Numbered from the stretch's first letter, positions 18,556-29,188 are shown. The stretch: DNA of 49,353 bases from Opitutales bacterium (GCA_049598495.1 JBMYNR010000008.1:1-49353), one strand, 5' to 3'. Program-made: numbers and translations. Notes: generated by a model not told the origin, from the letters alone.

Positions 18556-20157
18556 ATGATCATGAAATACCCGCGTCCTCTTTGGCTCTTGTTGGTGATG
18601 GCGCTTATCGGTGGCACATTGGGTTACTTTATCTCGATGGAGTATTCCATCTTCGGGAAGACGGATCAGCTCGAGGAAGCTTCTGATTCATGGACAAGCC
18701 AGGAGGTAGATTTCGATTTTCCGGAACCCAGTATAGCCAACACAGACCTTGCGGGCGTCTTCTTCCCGGCAGATGCAGTGAAAGGTGAGCTGGTCGTTCA
18801 GTTTACAAATCGATCAGATTATCTAGCTTATCTTCAGGTGCTAGAGGAAATTGACATTCAAGCACTTGGGCGAATCGACGAACTATTGGCTGTTCGTATC
18901 CCGGAAGACGCTCTCTTAAAATCGGATCTCAAGCGATATAATGCCCGAACCGAATTTTCCTACCGTGTCGAACATCCGTTGCCGCCCTTGGAGATAGCGC
19001 CGGAGGCGCTCGCCAGTCTCAGCGCCTATGGTCGTTCAGCGCGTGAAATTACCGGTGGTCCGATCTCGGGTGATGGTGCTGGCATCATGATAGCGATCTT
19101 GGATTCCGGTATCGTCGCGCATCCTCAATTTGATGATATTTACAGCGTTCATATTGATCTTGCAGGAGGGGGCGTGGGTGGTCCCGGTTCTGCCCACGGC
19201 ACTTCGGTTGCGTCCATTATTGGCGGCACCGAGGGGATCGTGCCGAAGGCGGAGCTTATGGTGGTGCGTGTACTTGACGACGCGGGGCGTGGCAGCAGCT
19301 ATCATGTGGCGGAGGGTATTGTGCAGGCGGTTGATCTTGGGGTGGAGATCATTAACATGAGCTTAGGTGTCTATCAGGATACGCCACTGCTCCGACAGGC
19401 GGTCAAATATGCCGGCGAGCATGGCGTTATCCTAGTGGCCGCTGCGGGTAACGACGGATACGGTCGGTTGCCATATCCGGCTGCTTATTCGGAAGTGCTT
19501 TCAGTCACTGCAGTCGATGCGTCGGAGCGACAGGCGCTCTTCCCCAATCAATCGGAGGCCATTGATTTTTCGGCTCCCGGGGTGGGGATACTGACTGCGA
19601 AGGAGGACTCGGGCACAACGCTCTTCTCCGGGACCTCGGCGGCCGCGCCATTCGTGACTGGCACACTGGCCTCACTGATGACGGGTGACTCCGCTCTAGA
19701 GTCAAAAGAAGCGGTCGAGATTCTCCAAAGAAATTTGAATGAGCGGGGTGCTTCAGGCGTGGATTCAGTTTATGGAGCCGGCGTTATCGATTGGGATCGA
19801 TTAAGAGAGCGGGCGCTGCCCAACATCACGGACGTGGCTTTGGCTGATATCTATCTCCAACCCGACGCGGTCCCCGGAACCACGATGCCGATAGAGGTGA
19901 CAGTCCAGAACCGTGGTACGAACTGGTTCAGTGGCAGCAAGCTTGAGGTCTTCATTGGCGAGGCGGATGCGGTTGCATTTACGCTTGGCTCCATCGGACC
20001 GGGGCAGATCACTACGCGAAAGGTGTTTACCTTGATTCCGGCTCTAGGTCAGGAAGAGTATTTAAGTATTACTGCACGAGTCCTACCAAAAGACATCGAA
20101 AAAGATGTCCGTCTCGAGAACAATATACAATCCATCAGCTACAAGTTGGTTCGATAG
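18556..20157 (+). CDS. Subtilisin-like S8 serine peptidase with C-terminal Ig/CARDB-like domain
   Basis: ILDSG, HGTSVA, AAAGN, SGTSAAAP triad motifs; N-terminal TM anchor; C-terminal VTVQNRG...ENN. Confidence 0.92.
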   Translation: MIMKYPRPLWLLLVMALIGGTLGYFISMEYSIFGKTDQLEEASDSWTSQEVDFDFPEPSIANTDLAGVFFPADAVKGELVVQFTNRSDYLAYLQVLEEIDIQALGRIDELLAVRIPEDALLKSDLKRYNARTEFSYRVEHPLPPLEIAPEALASLSAYGRSAREITGGPISGDGAGIMIAILDSGIVAHPQFDDIYSVHIDLAGGGVGGPGSAHGTSVASIIGGTEGIVPKAELMVVRVLDDAGRGSSYHVAEGIVQAVDLGVEIINMSLGVYQDTPLLRQAVKYAGEHGVILVAAAGNDGYGRLPYPAAYSEVLSVTAVDASERQALFPNQSEAIDFSAPGVGILTAKEDSGTTLFSGTSAAAPFVTGTLASLMTGDSALESKEAVEILQRNLNERGASGVDSVYGAGVIDWDRLRERALPNITDVALADIYLQPDAVPGTTMPIEVTVQNRGTNWFSGSKLEVFIGEADAVAFTLGSIGPGQITTRKVFTLIPALGQEEYLSITARVLPKDIEKDVRLENNIQSISYKLVR

Positions 20158-20252
20158 CAGTATCGAAGGCCGATCGATTCATCTTTATTGTTTTATACTG
20201 GATTTGGTAACGGACTGTCTTTAGCGCTATATGATACCGTGTAACTAATCAT

Positions 20253-21392
20253 ATGAACGATTCCGAAGTAGCGCCGCTGATCCCTGATGAGGGCGAGGTT
20301 GGTTTTGTTGAGTATCAGGATTTTGTCTCGAAAGAGCGCTTCCGGTTTGTTTCGGGCGGCAGCATACCTGAGCTACGTCTGCGCTACGAGACCTACGGGC
20401 ATTTGAATGCGGCCAAGGACAATGCAATCCTTATCTGCCACGCACTTAGCGGGGATCATCACTGTGCGGGCGTCTACCGTCTGGATGAGCGAAAACAGGG
20501 ATGGTGGAACTTCATGGTTGGGCCGGGCAAGCCAATCGACACCACACGTTATTTCGTGATTTGCTCCAACGTATTGGGTGGCTGTCAAGGCTCGACGGGG
20601 CCCGGTTCAATCAATCCTGATACGAACCAGCCCTACAACCTGGATTTCCCAAAGCTCACCGTGAAGGACATGGTCAACGCACAAGCCTTGCTAGTTGACT
20701 CGCTCGGAATCGATCGTTTGCACGCGGTTATCGGTGGGAGCATGGGTGGTATGCAGACCCTCCAGTGGGCCATTGATTTTCCGGAGCGGGTGGGGCGCTA
20801 CATTGCGCTGGCCAGCGGCGCTCGGCACACAGCGCAGGCGATTGCTTTCAATGATACAGGTCGCCAGGCGATCATTTCGGATCCTGCATGGAATTCCGGT
20901 AATTATAATCCTGAGGAGGGCCCGGATCAGGGCTTGGCGGTTGCGCGGATGATGGCTCACATCACCTATCTCTCCGATGTGGGTATGGAGTCCAAGTTCG
21001 GTCGCAAACGTCGCTCTGGCGATCAATCGAAAGAGCATTTCGACGTTGAGTTTGAAGTGGAGAGTTACCTTCGCTATCAAGGTGCGAGTTTTGTGTCTCG
21101 GTTTGATGCCAATACCTATCTCTATCTAACGAAGGCACTTGATCGTTTCGATCTCCACTGTCCTGAAACACTGGATGCCACTCTGAGCACTGTGACTGCC
21201 TCGGGTCTTGTCGTGGGTTTTACCTCCGATTGGCTCTACCCGCCACAGGGAAATCGCGAGGTCGTCGAGGCGCTCCTGCGGTTGGGCAAAGACGCTACCT
21301 ACGCCGAGTTGGCGATGGATTTCGGGCACGACTCATTCTTGGTGCAGGCGCCCAAGCTCTATGAATTGATCCATCATTTTCTTTCACGCTAG
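20253..21392 (+). CDS. metX: Homoserine O-acyltransferase (probably acetyltransferase)
   Basis: CHALSGDHH, SNVLGGC, GGSMGG nucleophile elbow, GHDSFL; followed by metW. Confidence 0.96.
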   Translation: MNDSEVAPLIPDEGEVGFVEYQDFVSKERFRFVSGGSIPELRLRYETYGHLNAAKDNAILICHALSGDHHCAGVYRLDERKQGWWNFMVGPGKPIDTTRYFVICSNVLGGCQGSTGPGSINPDTNQPYNLDFPKLTVKDMVNAQALLVDSLGIDRLHAVIGGSMGGMQTLQWAIDFPERVGRYIALASGARHTAQAIAFNDTGRQAIISDPAWNSGNYNPEEGPDQGLAVARMMAHITYLSDVGMESKFGRKRRSGDQSKEHFDVEFEVESYLRYQGASFVSRFDANTYLYLTKALDRFDLHCPETLDATLSTVTASGLVVGFTSDWLYPPQGNREVVEALLRLGKDATYAELAMDFGHDSFLVQAPKLYELIHHFLSR

Positions 21393-21396
21393 CTGT

Positions 21397-22017
21397 ATGA
21401 GTCCGATTGATAAAAAACGTCAGGCTGACTTTCAAGTGATCGCACAATGGGTACGGTCCGGTGAACGTGTGCTCGACCTTGGCTGTGGCCGAGGCATCCT
21501 ACTTGAATATCTGAAGCAGAAGAAATCAATTTACGGAGTCGGGGTGGACATCGATTTCGACAAGATACTCAGTTGTGTGAAGCGAGGCGTATCTGCCTAC
21601 CAAGGGGATATCCGTTCGATTCTAGCGACTTTCCCGGATGGGGCGTTTGATCGAGTGATCTTCTCACGGACAGTCGAGCAGCTGGACGAGCCTGATGCGA
21701 TTCTCGCAGAAGGTCTTCGGGTTGGTAAGCGAGTCACTGTCGGCTTTGTAAATAAGGGCTTTTGGGTGAACCGTGTGAGTGCCTTCTTGAGGGGTCGGCG
21801 CACGATAAACGAAGTCTATCCTAAGCCTTGGTATGAATCGCTGCCGGCAAATCCTTTCTCTGTTCGAGAATTTGAGGAGTTTTGTGATGCAAGAAAGCTT
21901 GTCATCGAGAACCGAGTCTATCTCTCGGGCAATTGGCGCACCGAGTGCTTTAAGATGCCGAATCTGTTGGCGGGCTACGCAATCTACGATTTATCATCGA
22001 GCACATCCTGCATTTGA
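21397..22017 (+). CDS. metW: Methionine biosynthesis protein MetW
   Basis: VLDLGCGRG SAM-binding motif, PWYE...N, adjacency to metX. Confidence 0.93.
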   Translation: MSPIDKKRQADFQVIAQWVRSGERVLDLGCGRGILLEYLKQKKSIYGVGVDIDFDKILSCVKRGVSAYQGDIRSILATFPDGAFDRVIFSRTVEQLDEPDAILAEGLRVGKRVTVGFVNKGFWVNRVSAFLRGRRTINEVYPKPWYESLPANPFSVREFEEFCDARKLVIENRVYLSGNWRTECFKMPNLLAGYAIYDLSSSTSCI

Positions 22018-22088
22018 GCTGACTCTACTTAAATGCAGGCACAGCACTCCGTTGCGGTGCGTAGCCGATGACGCCTCAACGGATCCGT

Positions 22089-22148
22089 CTTCGCTCGACT
22101 TGTCCGGCGTAGCACGGAGTGCGTAGACGAAAGAGCTACGCCGAGGCA
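22089..22148 (+). repeat. Nested CTTCG...CTACG palindromic repeat
   Basis: CTTCGCTC[...CTTGTCCGGCGTAGCACGGAGTGCGTAGACG...]GAGCTACGCCGAGGCA; similar layout to 32382-32480. Confidence 0.55.
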
Positions 22149-22172
22149 TGGTGGGGGGCTACATCTTCATGT

Positions 22173-22271
22173 TAGAGCAATAGGCATTTAGGTAGAATAA
22201 CTGGCTGGACGCCTTTCGCGGCTCTCGAAACGGCTCTCACCAGAAGTTCTAACGAAATGCAATCGGCTCTA
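22173..22271 (+). mobile_element. MITE-like element A, short copy (99 bp); empty-site allele for element B
   Basis: TAGAGCAATAGGCATTTAGGTAGAA...TTCTAACGAAATGCAATCGGCTCTA imperfect terminal inverted repeats; shared with 4730-4941 and 26123-26438. Confidence 0.8.
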
Positions 22272-22370
22272 AATCCAATGTGCTATAGCCGGGGCATGGC
22301 AGCTGCGTCTTTGATCGCAGAGATACTGCTCTCTTCGGCGGTAGATTCTAGCGGTGTCCCAGGTGCCATG

Positions 22371-22397
22371 AACCATGACGATCGTCATGCGGTTCCC
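22371..22397 (-). repeat. GGGA-headed REP-like hairpin
   Basis: Minus strand GGGAACCGCATGACGATCGTCATGG immediately after the SulP stop codon. Confidence 0.5.
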
Positions 22398-22399
22398 AA

Positions 22400-24211
22400 T
22401 TAAGGACGTTCCCCTTGTTTGGTCTTATCGCGTATGGGGTCGACATAAATGGAGACGTCCGCCAGATCGTCGCCAAGATGCTCCCTTGCTCGCTTGAGCG
22501 CACGGGCGGTCGACATGGTCGGGTTTCCTGGCTCATCTCTGAAAATGTTCCTCTCTTCAATTTCTTCGTAGAGGCCCGAGTTTCGAAGCACACGCACCAT
22601 ATCTGCCTTGACCTCACTGAGTATGAGATAGCGTCCTTTCTCGCTCATGTAGAGGAGTAGTTCCTCAAGCGCCATCACGCCTGTTGCATCCATGTTGTGT
22701 GCATTTCGCATCTTAAGAATAACGATCTTAAGATTGGGCTCTTCGCAGATCCGGCGCATTTGGTCGCGAAAGAGGTCGGCGGCTCCAAAGAAGAGTTCGC
22801 CCTCGACGTGGACGATGGAAACCTGCGGAATAGAGCGTTGATCGGGCTTGTCCATCTCGGCGAGTTGACCGTCTTCCTTGAAGGTGTATTCCACCATTTC
22901 GGGACGCGCCACTTTCTTCAGAAAGAGAACGATAGAGGTAAAGACACCAACATAAATAGCGGTATCCAGAGGTAGAAAGAGACCGCTGAGGAAGGTCGCC
23001 GCAAAGACAGCCGCATCCGATTTTGTGGTGACTGTGACGATACGAATCGCGTGTCGGTTAATCAGAGAGATGCCGATCGCGATGACAAGAACCGCTAGGG
23101 TGCATTGGGGAATAAATTGAATAAAGGGTCCGAGGACAAAGGCGGAGATGAATATGATGATGCCGCTGACGCAACTGGCCAGTACGGTGTGCCCGCCACT
23201 GGTCACGCTGAGACTGGAGCGGGTAAGTGAGCCGGAGGCGGGCATGCCCGAGAAGAATGCACAACCGAGATTGGCCATCCCGATAGAAAACATGGCTTGA
23301 TTGGCATCGAGGCGTGCTCCCGTTTTTGCCGCAAGTGACTTGCCGATCGAGATACCTTCAAGAATACAGAGCAGGGCGATCGCAAGCGCTGGGCCCATGA
23401 GCATCTGTATGCTGTTCAAGGAAAGAGTGGGCGCCTGGAAGGACCAGTCGGCCGCATTGATCCCCGTAAGAAATCTGACCCCGCTCTCCCGTCCGAGGGT
23501 GAGCTCAGTAAGTATTGAGGTGATGACTAATGAAATTGCGACATTGGGCAATGCGCGAAACTTGGTGTTTAGGGCGATGTAAAGAACCGCAGTAAAAAGA
23601 CTGATACCTAGTGTGGCCCAATGCGTCGTATGCATCGATTGAAACATGAATAGCGCCGACTCGTAAAAGGTAGCGCCCTTACCTTCCAGAGTAAGCCCTA
23701 GGGATTTTGGGATCTGGTTAGTGATGATAAGAAGCGCCGCCGCCGTGATGTAGCCAGTGATCACCGATCGCGAGATATACTGGACGAGGTTCGCGACCTT
23801 CAAATATGCGCCCAGAATAATGAAGAAGCCGACCATGAGGATCAGTAGTGGCACCATGGCCAGCTTTTCGGCGCCGACTATTTGAAGACTGGCAAATGCA
23901 CTGAGAAGCAAGACCGAGGTCGCGTTGGTCGGACCCATGGTGATGAATTGACTTCTTGCAAAGATCGGCGTCACCAACGCCGCGATGGCGGAACCATAGA
24001 TGCCGTATTGAATGGGCAAGCCCGCGATTAAGGCGTAGGCCATGCCTTGCGGAAAGGCGAGCAGGGCAACATTGAGCCCAGCGCGCAGATCGCCGGGGAA
24101 GTGCTCGGTTCGGTAATTAGCAAGCGTTTCCCGTAGCGGAAAGAATGAAAGACTGTTATAATTTCTAGCCGCTTTCAGACCTGAAAACAGATGTCTTAGA
24201 ATGGCGGCCAT
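22400..24211 (-). CDS. SulP/SLC26 anion transporter with STAS domain
   Basis: GDLRAGLNVALLAFPQGMAYA, GPTNATS, GSLTRS; STAS domain GELFFGAA...DATG. Confidence 0.95.
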   Translation of the reverse strand: MAAILRHLFSGLKAARNYNSLSFFPLRETLANYRTEHFPGDLRAGLNVALLAFPQGMAYALIAGLPIQYGIYGSAIAALVTPIFARSQFITMGPTNATSVLLLSAFASLQIVGAEKLAMVPLLILMVGFFIILGAYLKVANLVQYISRSVITGYITAAALLIITNQIPKSLGLTLEGKGATFYESALFMFQSMHTTHWATLGISLFTAVLYIALNTKFRALPNVAISLVITSILTELTLGRESGVRFLTGINAADWSFQAPTLSLNSIQMLMGPALAIALLCILEGISIGKSLAAKTGARLDANQAMFSIGMANLGCAFFSGMPASGSLTRSSLSVTSGGHTVLASCVSGIIIFISAFVLGPFIQFIPQCTLAVLVIAIGISLINRHAIRIVTVTTKSDAAVFAATFLSGLFLPLDTAIYVGVFTSIVLFLKKVARPEMVEYTFKEDGQLAEMDKPDQRSIPQVSIVHVEGELFFGAADLFRDQMRRICEEPNLKIVILKMRNAHNMDATGVMALEELLLYMSEKGRYLILSEVKADMVRVLRNSGLYEEIEERNIFRDEPGNPTMSTARALKRAREHLGDDLADVSIYVDPIRDKTKQGERP

Positions 24212-24242
24212 GGTTTCTGTGGCGTAGAATCGCTATGGTAAT

Positions 24243-25028
24243 TTATTTGGAGGGGTAGAGCACTGACATGACTTCGTCATGCAGGGGGGCTTTCGCCGCG
24301 ATGATGCAACGTTCATCAAAGGCATCGCCTCCTTTCCAGCCACTCACTTTGAAGCCAGCGCCTTCCAAGCAGGGTAAAATTGCAGCACAATCCCAAATTT
24401 CCATCATCGGGTCACACATAATATCAATAAAACCCGAGCAGAGCAGGATATACCCGCCTGCGTCACCCCAAGAGCGATAAAGCGCAGTTTTTGGAGGGAG
24501 CGCGTCCCAATCCGCATTGTTTTGCCAGAGGGTCTTGCGGATGGGGTCCGTTGTGCAGAGAGTCGCTTGGCTCAGTGGACATGCTTCTCTTCCCGATACC
24601 GGTTTACCGTTGAGAGTGGTCGTTCCACAGTCGCCAATGACCATTTGCTTGAGGACTGGTTGGTTGATGGCTCCGATTACCGGTCGGCCCTTGTATAGGA
24701 GGGCAATGAGCGTGGCAAAGAGTGGTACGCCGGAGATGAAGGACTTCGTTCCGTCGACCGGATCCAGTACCCATACGAAATCAGCATCCTCGCGCTCTCG
24801 ACCGTATTCCTCTCCAATAATTCCGTGGTCGGGGTAACGTTCGGCTAGAATGGTACGAATCCGTTTCTCGGCATTGCGGTCGGCCAATGTCACTGGAGTG
24901 GCGTCCGACTTGCGCTCGATTTCGACCTCCGGCCCATAGTGGGGTAGGATTTCTTTCGACGCTTCATCGCATAAATAAGCGATAAACTCGATAAATTCTT
25001 CTTTCAGTTCGCGTGTGAGTTCAGACAT
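24243..25028 (-). CDS. Inositol monophosphatase family (HisN-like histidinol phosphatase)
   Basis: TPVTLAD, IIGEE, WVLDPVDGTKSF, WDCAA motifs. Confidence 0.9.
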   Translation of the reverse strand: MSELTRELKEEFIEFIAYLCDEASKEILPHYGPEVEIERKSDATPVTLADRNAEKRIRTILAERYPDHGIIGEEYGREREDADFVWVLDPVDGTKSFISGVPLFATLIALLYKGRPVIGAINQPVLKQMVIGDCGTTTLNGKPVSGREACPLSQATLCTTDPIRKTLWQNNADWDALPPKTALYRSWGDAGGYILLCSGFIDIMCDPMMEIWDCAAILPCLEGAGFKVSGWKGGDAFDERCIIAAKAPLHDEVMSVLYPSK

Positions 25029-25196
25029 TTTCTATGCGTGATTCGATCAAAATAAAGTGCGAAAGTGGGGCTTCCTGTCGGGTGTGGCAACAGCAGACTG
25101 AGGGAAGATGGAAATCTATCACGAAGATATAAACTATGAATTTGTATGTCCTATGCATTTGTCTTTTAAATCGTTAAGCACTTAGCTTCTTTTCTT

Positions 25197-26060
25197 ATGA
25201 TGAACGCAATTTATCATACACCGCGCCGCGATCTGCCGCTTGGGAAAAAGAGCCACCTTGTAGGTATTCTAAACCTGACCCCCGATTCGTTTTCGGATGG
25301 TGGGGAGTTTGTTGATCTGGACCTTGCCGCCATGCATTTCGACCGCATGGTCAAGGAGGGGGCTGAGATTATCGACATAGGAGGTGAATCGACCAGACCT
25401 GGTCACGTGCCTGTTTCAGCACAGGAGGAGATAGCGAGAGTCGTTCCATTTATTGAAAAGATACGTCCGCACACCGAGACACTCATATCAATCGATACAT
25501 CGAAGGCAGAGGTCGCTCGTGCCGCTATTTCCGTAGGTGCGGATATTGTTAACGATGTATGGGGTGCCCAGCGTGATCCTGAAATGGCCCTTGCCATTGG
25601 CGAGACGGGTTCTGCCTGTATCCTTATGCACAATCGTGGACGAGATGAGGTCGATTCGGGCGACGTGGTCGGTGCAATTCGGGCATTTCTAACCAAGTCG
25701 ATCCAGAAAGTGCGGGCGGCCGGTGTCCCGGAAAACTCGATCGCAATCGATCCAGGGCTGGGCTTCGGAAAGAGTTACGATGAGAATTGGGAAATCATGC
25801 GCCGCCTACCTGAGCTGGCCGAGTTGGGCTTCCCGATCGTTCTGGGCGCCTCAAGAAAGTCTATGATCGCGAGGCTGCTCGAACTGGAGAATCCGAAAGA
25901 GCGACTAAGTGCTACCCTCGCCACAACGGTGTTGGGGGTTGGCGCGGGTGTTGACTTCTTCCGGGTACATGATGTCCGTGAGAATCGTGAGTGCGCGGCG
26001 GTTGCAGATCACTGCCTACGATATCGGGACGCCGATAAGACCGCTTCGAAAAAGGTCTGA
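25197..26060 (+). CDS. folP: Dihydropteroate synthase
   Basis: GILNLTPDSFSDGG, DIGGESTRPG, DPGLGFGK, GASRKS, RVHDV. Confidence 0.97.
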   Translation: MMNAIYHTPRRDLPLGKKSHLVGILNLTPDSFSDGGEFVDLDLAAMHFDRMVKEGAEIIDIGGESTRPGHVPVSAQEEIARVVPFIEKIRPHTETLISIDTSKAEVARAAISVGADIVNDVWGAQRDPEMALAIGETGSACILMHNRGRDEVDSGDVVGAIRAFLTKSIQKVRAAGVPENSIAIDPGLGFGKSYDENWEIMRRLPELAELGFPIVLGASRKSMIARLLELENPKERLSATLATTVLGVGAGVDFFRVHDVRENRECAAVADHCLRYRDADKTASKKV

Positions 26061-26122
26061 TCCGCTGGGTAGGTACTATGCCCATTCGGGCGCCCGTTCC
26101 TGCCTTTGCACCTCGGTCCACG

Positions 26123-26438
26123 CCTGGCTGGACGCCTTGCGCGCTCTCGAAACGGGTCTCACCAGAAGTTCTAACCCGAATATTGCACCAGTTTGTTGCT
26201 GTCGTTCTTTATCTTGTTACGGGATGGCTACTTGCGAGTTTTCTTCAAAAACTCGTCGTGTCACAAAAGTGACAGCAACAAACTTTGAGTCCAGAAGCGT
26301 CCCTGGCTGTGTTCCGAGCGCGTAACCCACTTAGTCACGCACTTCAGTGCGCTCCTGCGTGGAACACGGCTCGCGCCTTGCCAAAGCCAATTCTGGATAT
26401 CATGCAATAAGCGGGCTAACTAAATGCGATCGGCACTA
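26123..26438 (+). mobile_element. Right part of element A, interrupted by element B
   Basis: 26123-26174 matches 22201 onward; continuation CTAACTAAATGCGATCGGCACTA resumes after B; left end of A not recognisable here. Confidence 0.75.
26175..26415 (+). mobile_element. Complete MITE-like element B (241 bp) with 4-bp CTAA duplication
   Basis: Terminal inverted repeats CCCGAATATTGCA / TGCAATAAGCGGG (11 of 13 match); CTAA at 26171-26174 and 26416-26419; long internal inverted repeats; no credible ORF. Confidence 0.85.
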
Positions 26439-26579
26439 GCGTTCCTTTGCGTGTTTTAATGGTCAGCAAAAGTTTCGGAGTGGTTCTGTTTCAAGGACTC
26501 AATCATGCTTATGAGCGGTTAAAAATGCCTCTGGTAGGCTATCTATTATTCCCTGAGCAATGATCAGGGTTTCGAAATT

Positions 26580-29027
26580 CTACTTTCGCTTTGATTTTCG
26601 CTCCTTCTTCTTGGGCCTTTGGGTCAGGACTTTGCCTATGGGTTTGTTCTTTGGTTCTGCACCTCTCTTAGTTTTACGTGTGCGGGGCCTCTTTGAACTG
26701 GGAGTGGCGGTGCGGCCCTTAAAGGGTTTGCCCGGTTTTTTACCGATGTCGCGTTCATCCGCGAGGACCACACGGAAGTCGATCTGGCGCTTGAAACGGT
26801 CAACACGTTCCACCTGAACTACAATCGTCTGACCAAGGGCGAAGCTGCGTTGCTTCCGACGGCCGACGAGCGCAGTGCCGTCGGAGTTGGGGTGGTAAAA
26901 ATCATCTTCGAGTGTGGAGATATGGACCATGCCAAAGGCAAGTGAGTCCGTAAGTTCGACGTGGAGTCCGTGGTTTTTCACGTCAGTGATGACCGCTTTG
27001 AAGTGTTGCTTTTCCTCTCTCTCAAGTTCGCGGTTATAAAACTCAAGGAGCTTGGTTTTGACTGATTCGCGCTCAGCATCGACCGAGTTTCGTTCAGTGA
27101 TGCTGATATGGTCACCGAGCGCCTCGAGTTTTCCCTGTGTGTAGCGGATATCGGGTTCTACAAGTGCCGAATTTGCCCCTGTCTTGTGGAGATAGGCATC
27201 GATGACTCTGTGAACAATGAGATCGGAATAACGGCGGATTGGCGAGGTGAAGTGGGTGTAGTCAGGCTTGGCCAATCCGTAGTGCCCATCAGCGCTGGCC
27301 CGATATTGTGCCTGTTTGAGGCTACGTAGCACATGGACCTTCAAAGTGTAACCCTGCGGGTGCTCTTTCAGCTTCTTGAGCAGCGCTGTCATCTCGCGGG
27401 GCTTCTGTAAATTGCCACATTGGACACCGAAGGTAATCATGGTTTCCCGAAGCTCTCGGAGCTTCTCTTCTTCGGGTTCGTCGTGGACACGATAGATACA
27501 AGGGTAGTTCTGACGCTTCATAACGCGGGCCACCTGTTCATTGGCAGCGAGCATGAATTCCTCGATCAATTGGTGGCTTTCGTCATTGTATTGCTTCTCG
27601 ATTCGATCGGCGTAGCCGTCCTCGTCGACATAGATTTTTACCTCAGTCATATCCAGATCGAGGGATCCTTTACGAAACCGACGCTTACGAAGTTGTGAAG
27701 CGATCTTCCATAGCCTGTCTATGTGCTTTTTGAGAGTGGTCATTTCCTCGTCGCTCACCTCATCCATGGAACGCCCGGTTGATCCTGTCTGATGCTTTGG
27801 AGGTAGAGGCGTAGCTCGAATCGCTACAAAGTCATCCTGTGTCATGAAGGCGTAGGCCTGCTTGTAGGTAAGACGTTTGTTGCTACGAATCACGGTATTC
27901 GAAAAATCGACCCCGATGGTGTCTGACTTTTCGTTGAAGGTGATAAAGCAGGTCTTCGTCAAACGATCCTCCGCTTCAACAAGCGAGCAAAGGCCATTCG
28001 ACAGGGCGTGTGGCAGCATCGGTATAACCGTGCCGACTAGGTAAGTGCTATTGCCACGCTTCTGGGCTTCGATATCGAGAGGGCTGCTGGGCTTCACATA
28101 CGCGCTTACATCGGCGATGTGGATGCCAACACGCACCTGTCCGTCGGCTAGGAATTCCAAAGAGAGTGCGTCGTCGAAGTCTTTTGCGTCATCGGGGTCG
28201 ATGGTAAATGTGAAGAGATCGCGGCAATCCTCACGGTTGCCGATATCCTCCGGGCGTACCTTACACGGGATGCTTTCGGTTTGTTTTTCAACAGCCGCGG
28301 GAAATTTTGGGTTGAGGTCATATTTGTAGAGGATCGCCTTGAACTCGGCATCCGGTTCGTGCGTCCGCCCCAGCACTTCGAGAATTTCACCTTCTGGATT
28401 GAGGTGGCGCTGTTTCCACTCCAGCAATTTAACAACGACCTTGTCTCCCTTTTTTGGAACTGGGCGAATGCCGGAATTCTTTGGGTCGGGTACAAGAATG
28501 TCCTGAATAATCCTCGGATCGTCCGGGATCACATAAGTCGCATGGCGTCCCCGCTCGAGCGTGCCCGGAATGGTATTACGCCCGCGTTTGAGAATGCGGA
28601 TCACACGGACGTAGGTCTTTTCGTCTGGATCGTAGGCTGGGCGGTTGATTCTACCCTTACCTCGGAAGGGCCGGCGGCGGTTTGCGATCTTGCGCGCCAA
28701 TACGGTATCGCCGTGCAGGGCAACCGCGGTGTCTTCGGCTCTAATGGGATATCCGTCAGCATTGGGATTGGTATCGGGGATCAAGATCGCCGACCCGCTC
28801 TGGCGGAAAATAATGCGCCCGCTGACAAGGTCGGCATCCTCTGGAATACAGAGCCTATCTTTTTTGAGCCGTGCGATTTCTCCCTGCTCGAGCATTTGGT
28901 CAAGGAGCGTATGGGTCTTCTTGATCTGGTCTTTGTCTAGTTTTAGAACCGTGATGATTTCCATGCGTCGCATGGGGACATAATCCTTGGCTCCAAATAG
29001 CTGGAGAAGTTTCTTTCTTAAATCCAT
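26580..29027 (-). CDS. rnr: Ribonuclease R
   Basis: [43 protein letters not shown]1 domain and basic C-terminal tail. Confidence 0.96.
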   Translation of the reverse strand: MDLRKKLLQLFGAKDYVPMRRMEIITVLKLDKDQIKKTHTLLDQMLEQGEIARLKKDRLCIPEDADLVSGRIIFRQSGSAILIPDTNPNADGYPIRAEDTAVALHGDTVLARKIANRRRPFRGKGRINRPAYDPDEKTYVRVIRILKRGRNTIPGTLERGRHATYVIPDDPRIIQDILVPDPKNSGIRPVPKKGDKVVVKLLEWKQRHLNPEGEILEVLGRTHEPDAEFKAILYKYDLNPKFPAAVEKQTESIPCKVRPEDIGNREDCRDLFTFTIDPDDAKDFDDALSLEFLADGQVRVGIHIADVSAYVKPSSPLDIEAQKRGNSTYLVGTVIPMLPHALSNGLCSLVEAEDRLTKTCFITFNEKSDTIGVDFSNTVIRSNKRLTYKQAYAFMTQDDFVAIRATPLPPKHQTGSTGRSMDEVSDEEMTTLKKHIDRLWKIASQLRKRRFRKGSLDLDMTEVKIYVDEDGYADRIEKQYNDESHQLIEEFMLAANEQVARVMKRQNYPCIYRVHDEPEEEKLRELRETMITFGVQCGNLQKPREMTALLKKLKEHPQGYTLKVHVLRSLKQAQYRASADGHYGLAKPDYTHFTSPIRRYSDLIVHRVIDAYLHKTGANSALVEPDIRYTQGKLEALGDHISITERNSVDAERESVKTKLLEFYNRELEREEKQHFKAVITDVKNHGLHVELTDSLAFGMVHISTLEDDFYHPNSDGTALVGRRKQRSFALGQTIVVQVERVDRFKRQIDFRVVLADERDIGKKPGKPFKGRTATPSSKRPRTRKTKRGAEPKNKPIGKVLTQRPKKKERKSKRK

Positions 29028-29188
29028 AGGGACGTGCTTTGCACCGAGTTGAGTGGGGCGCTTAGCGCCGGTTAAATTGTGAAGTTGGTGATGCTGTCGC
29101 CCCGATTTGAATAGCCACGGGGCAAATGGTCGAGTCGTCGGTGGGGGTTTTGGGCGATAGTTTGTTCTAAAATGCGTATCTCCACCCG

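Noticed and set aside
20158..20252. Possible SAM riboswitch upstream of metX
   Set aside because: Spacer is only 95 bp and shows no recognisable SAM riboswitch core
26078..26325. Small ORFs within elements A and B
   Set aside because: No transposase or other motifs; explained by non-coding repeat DNA
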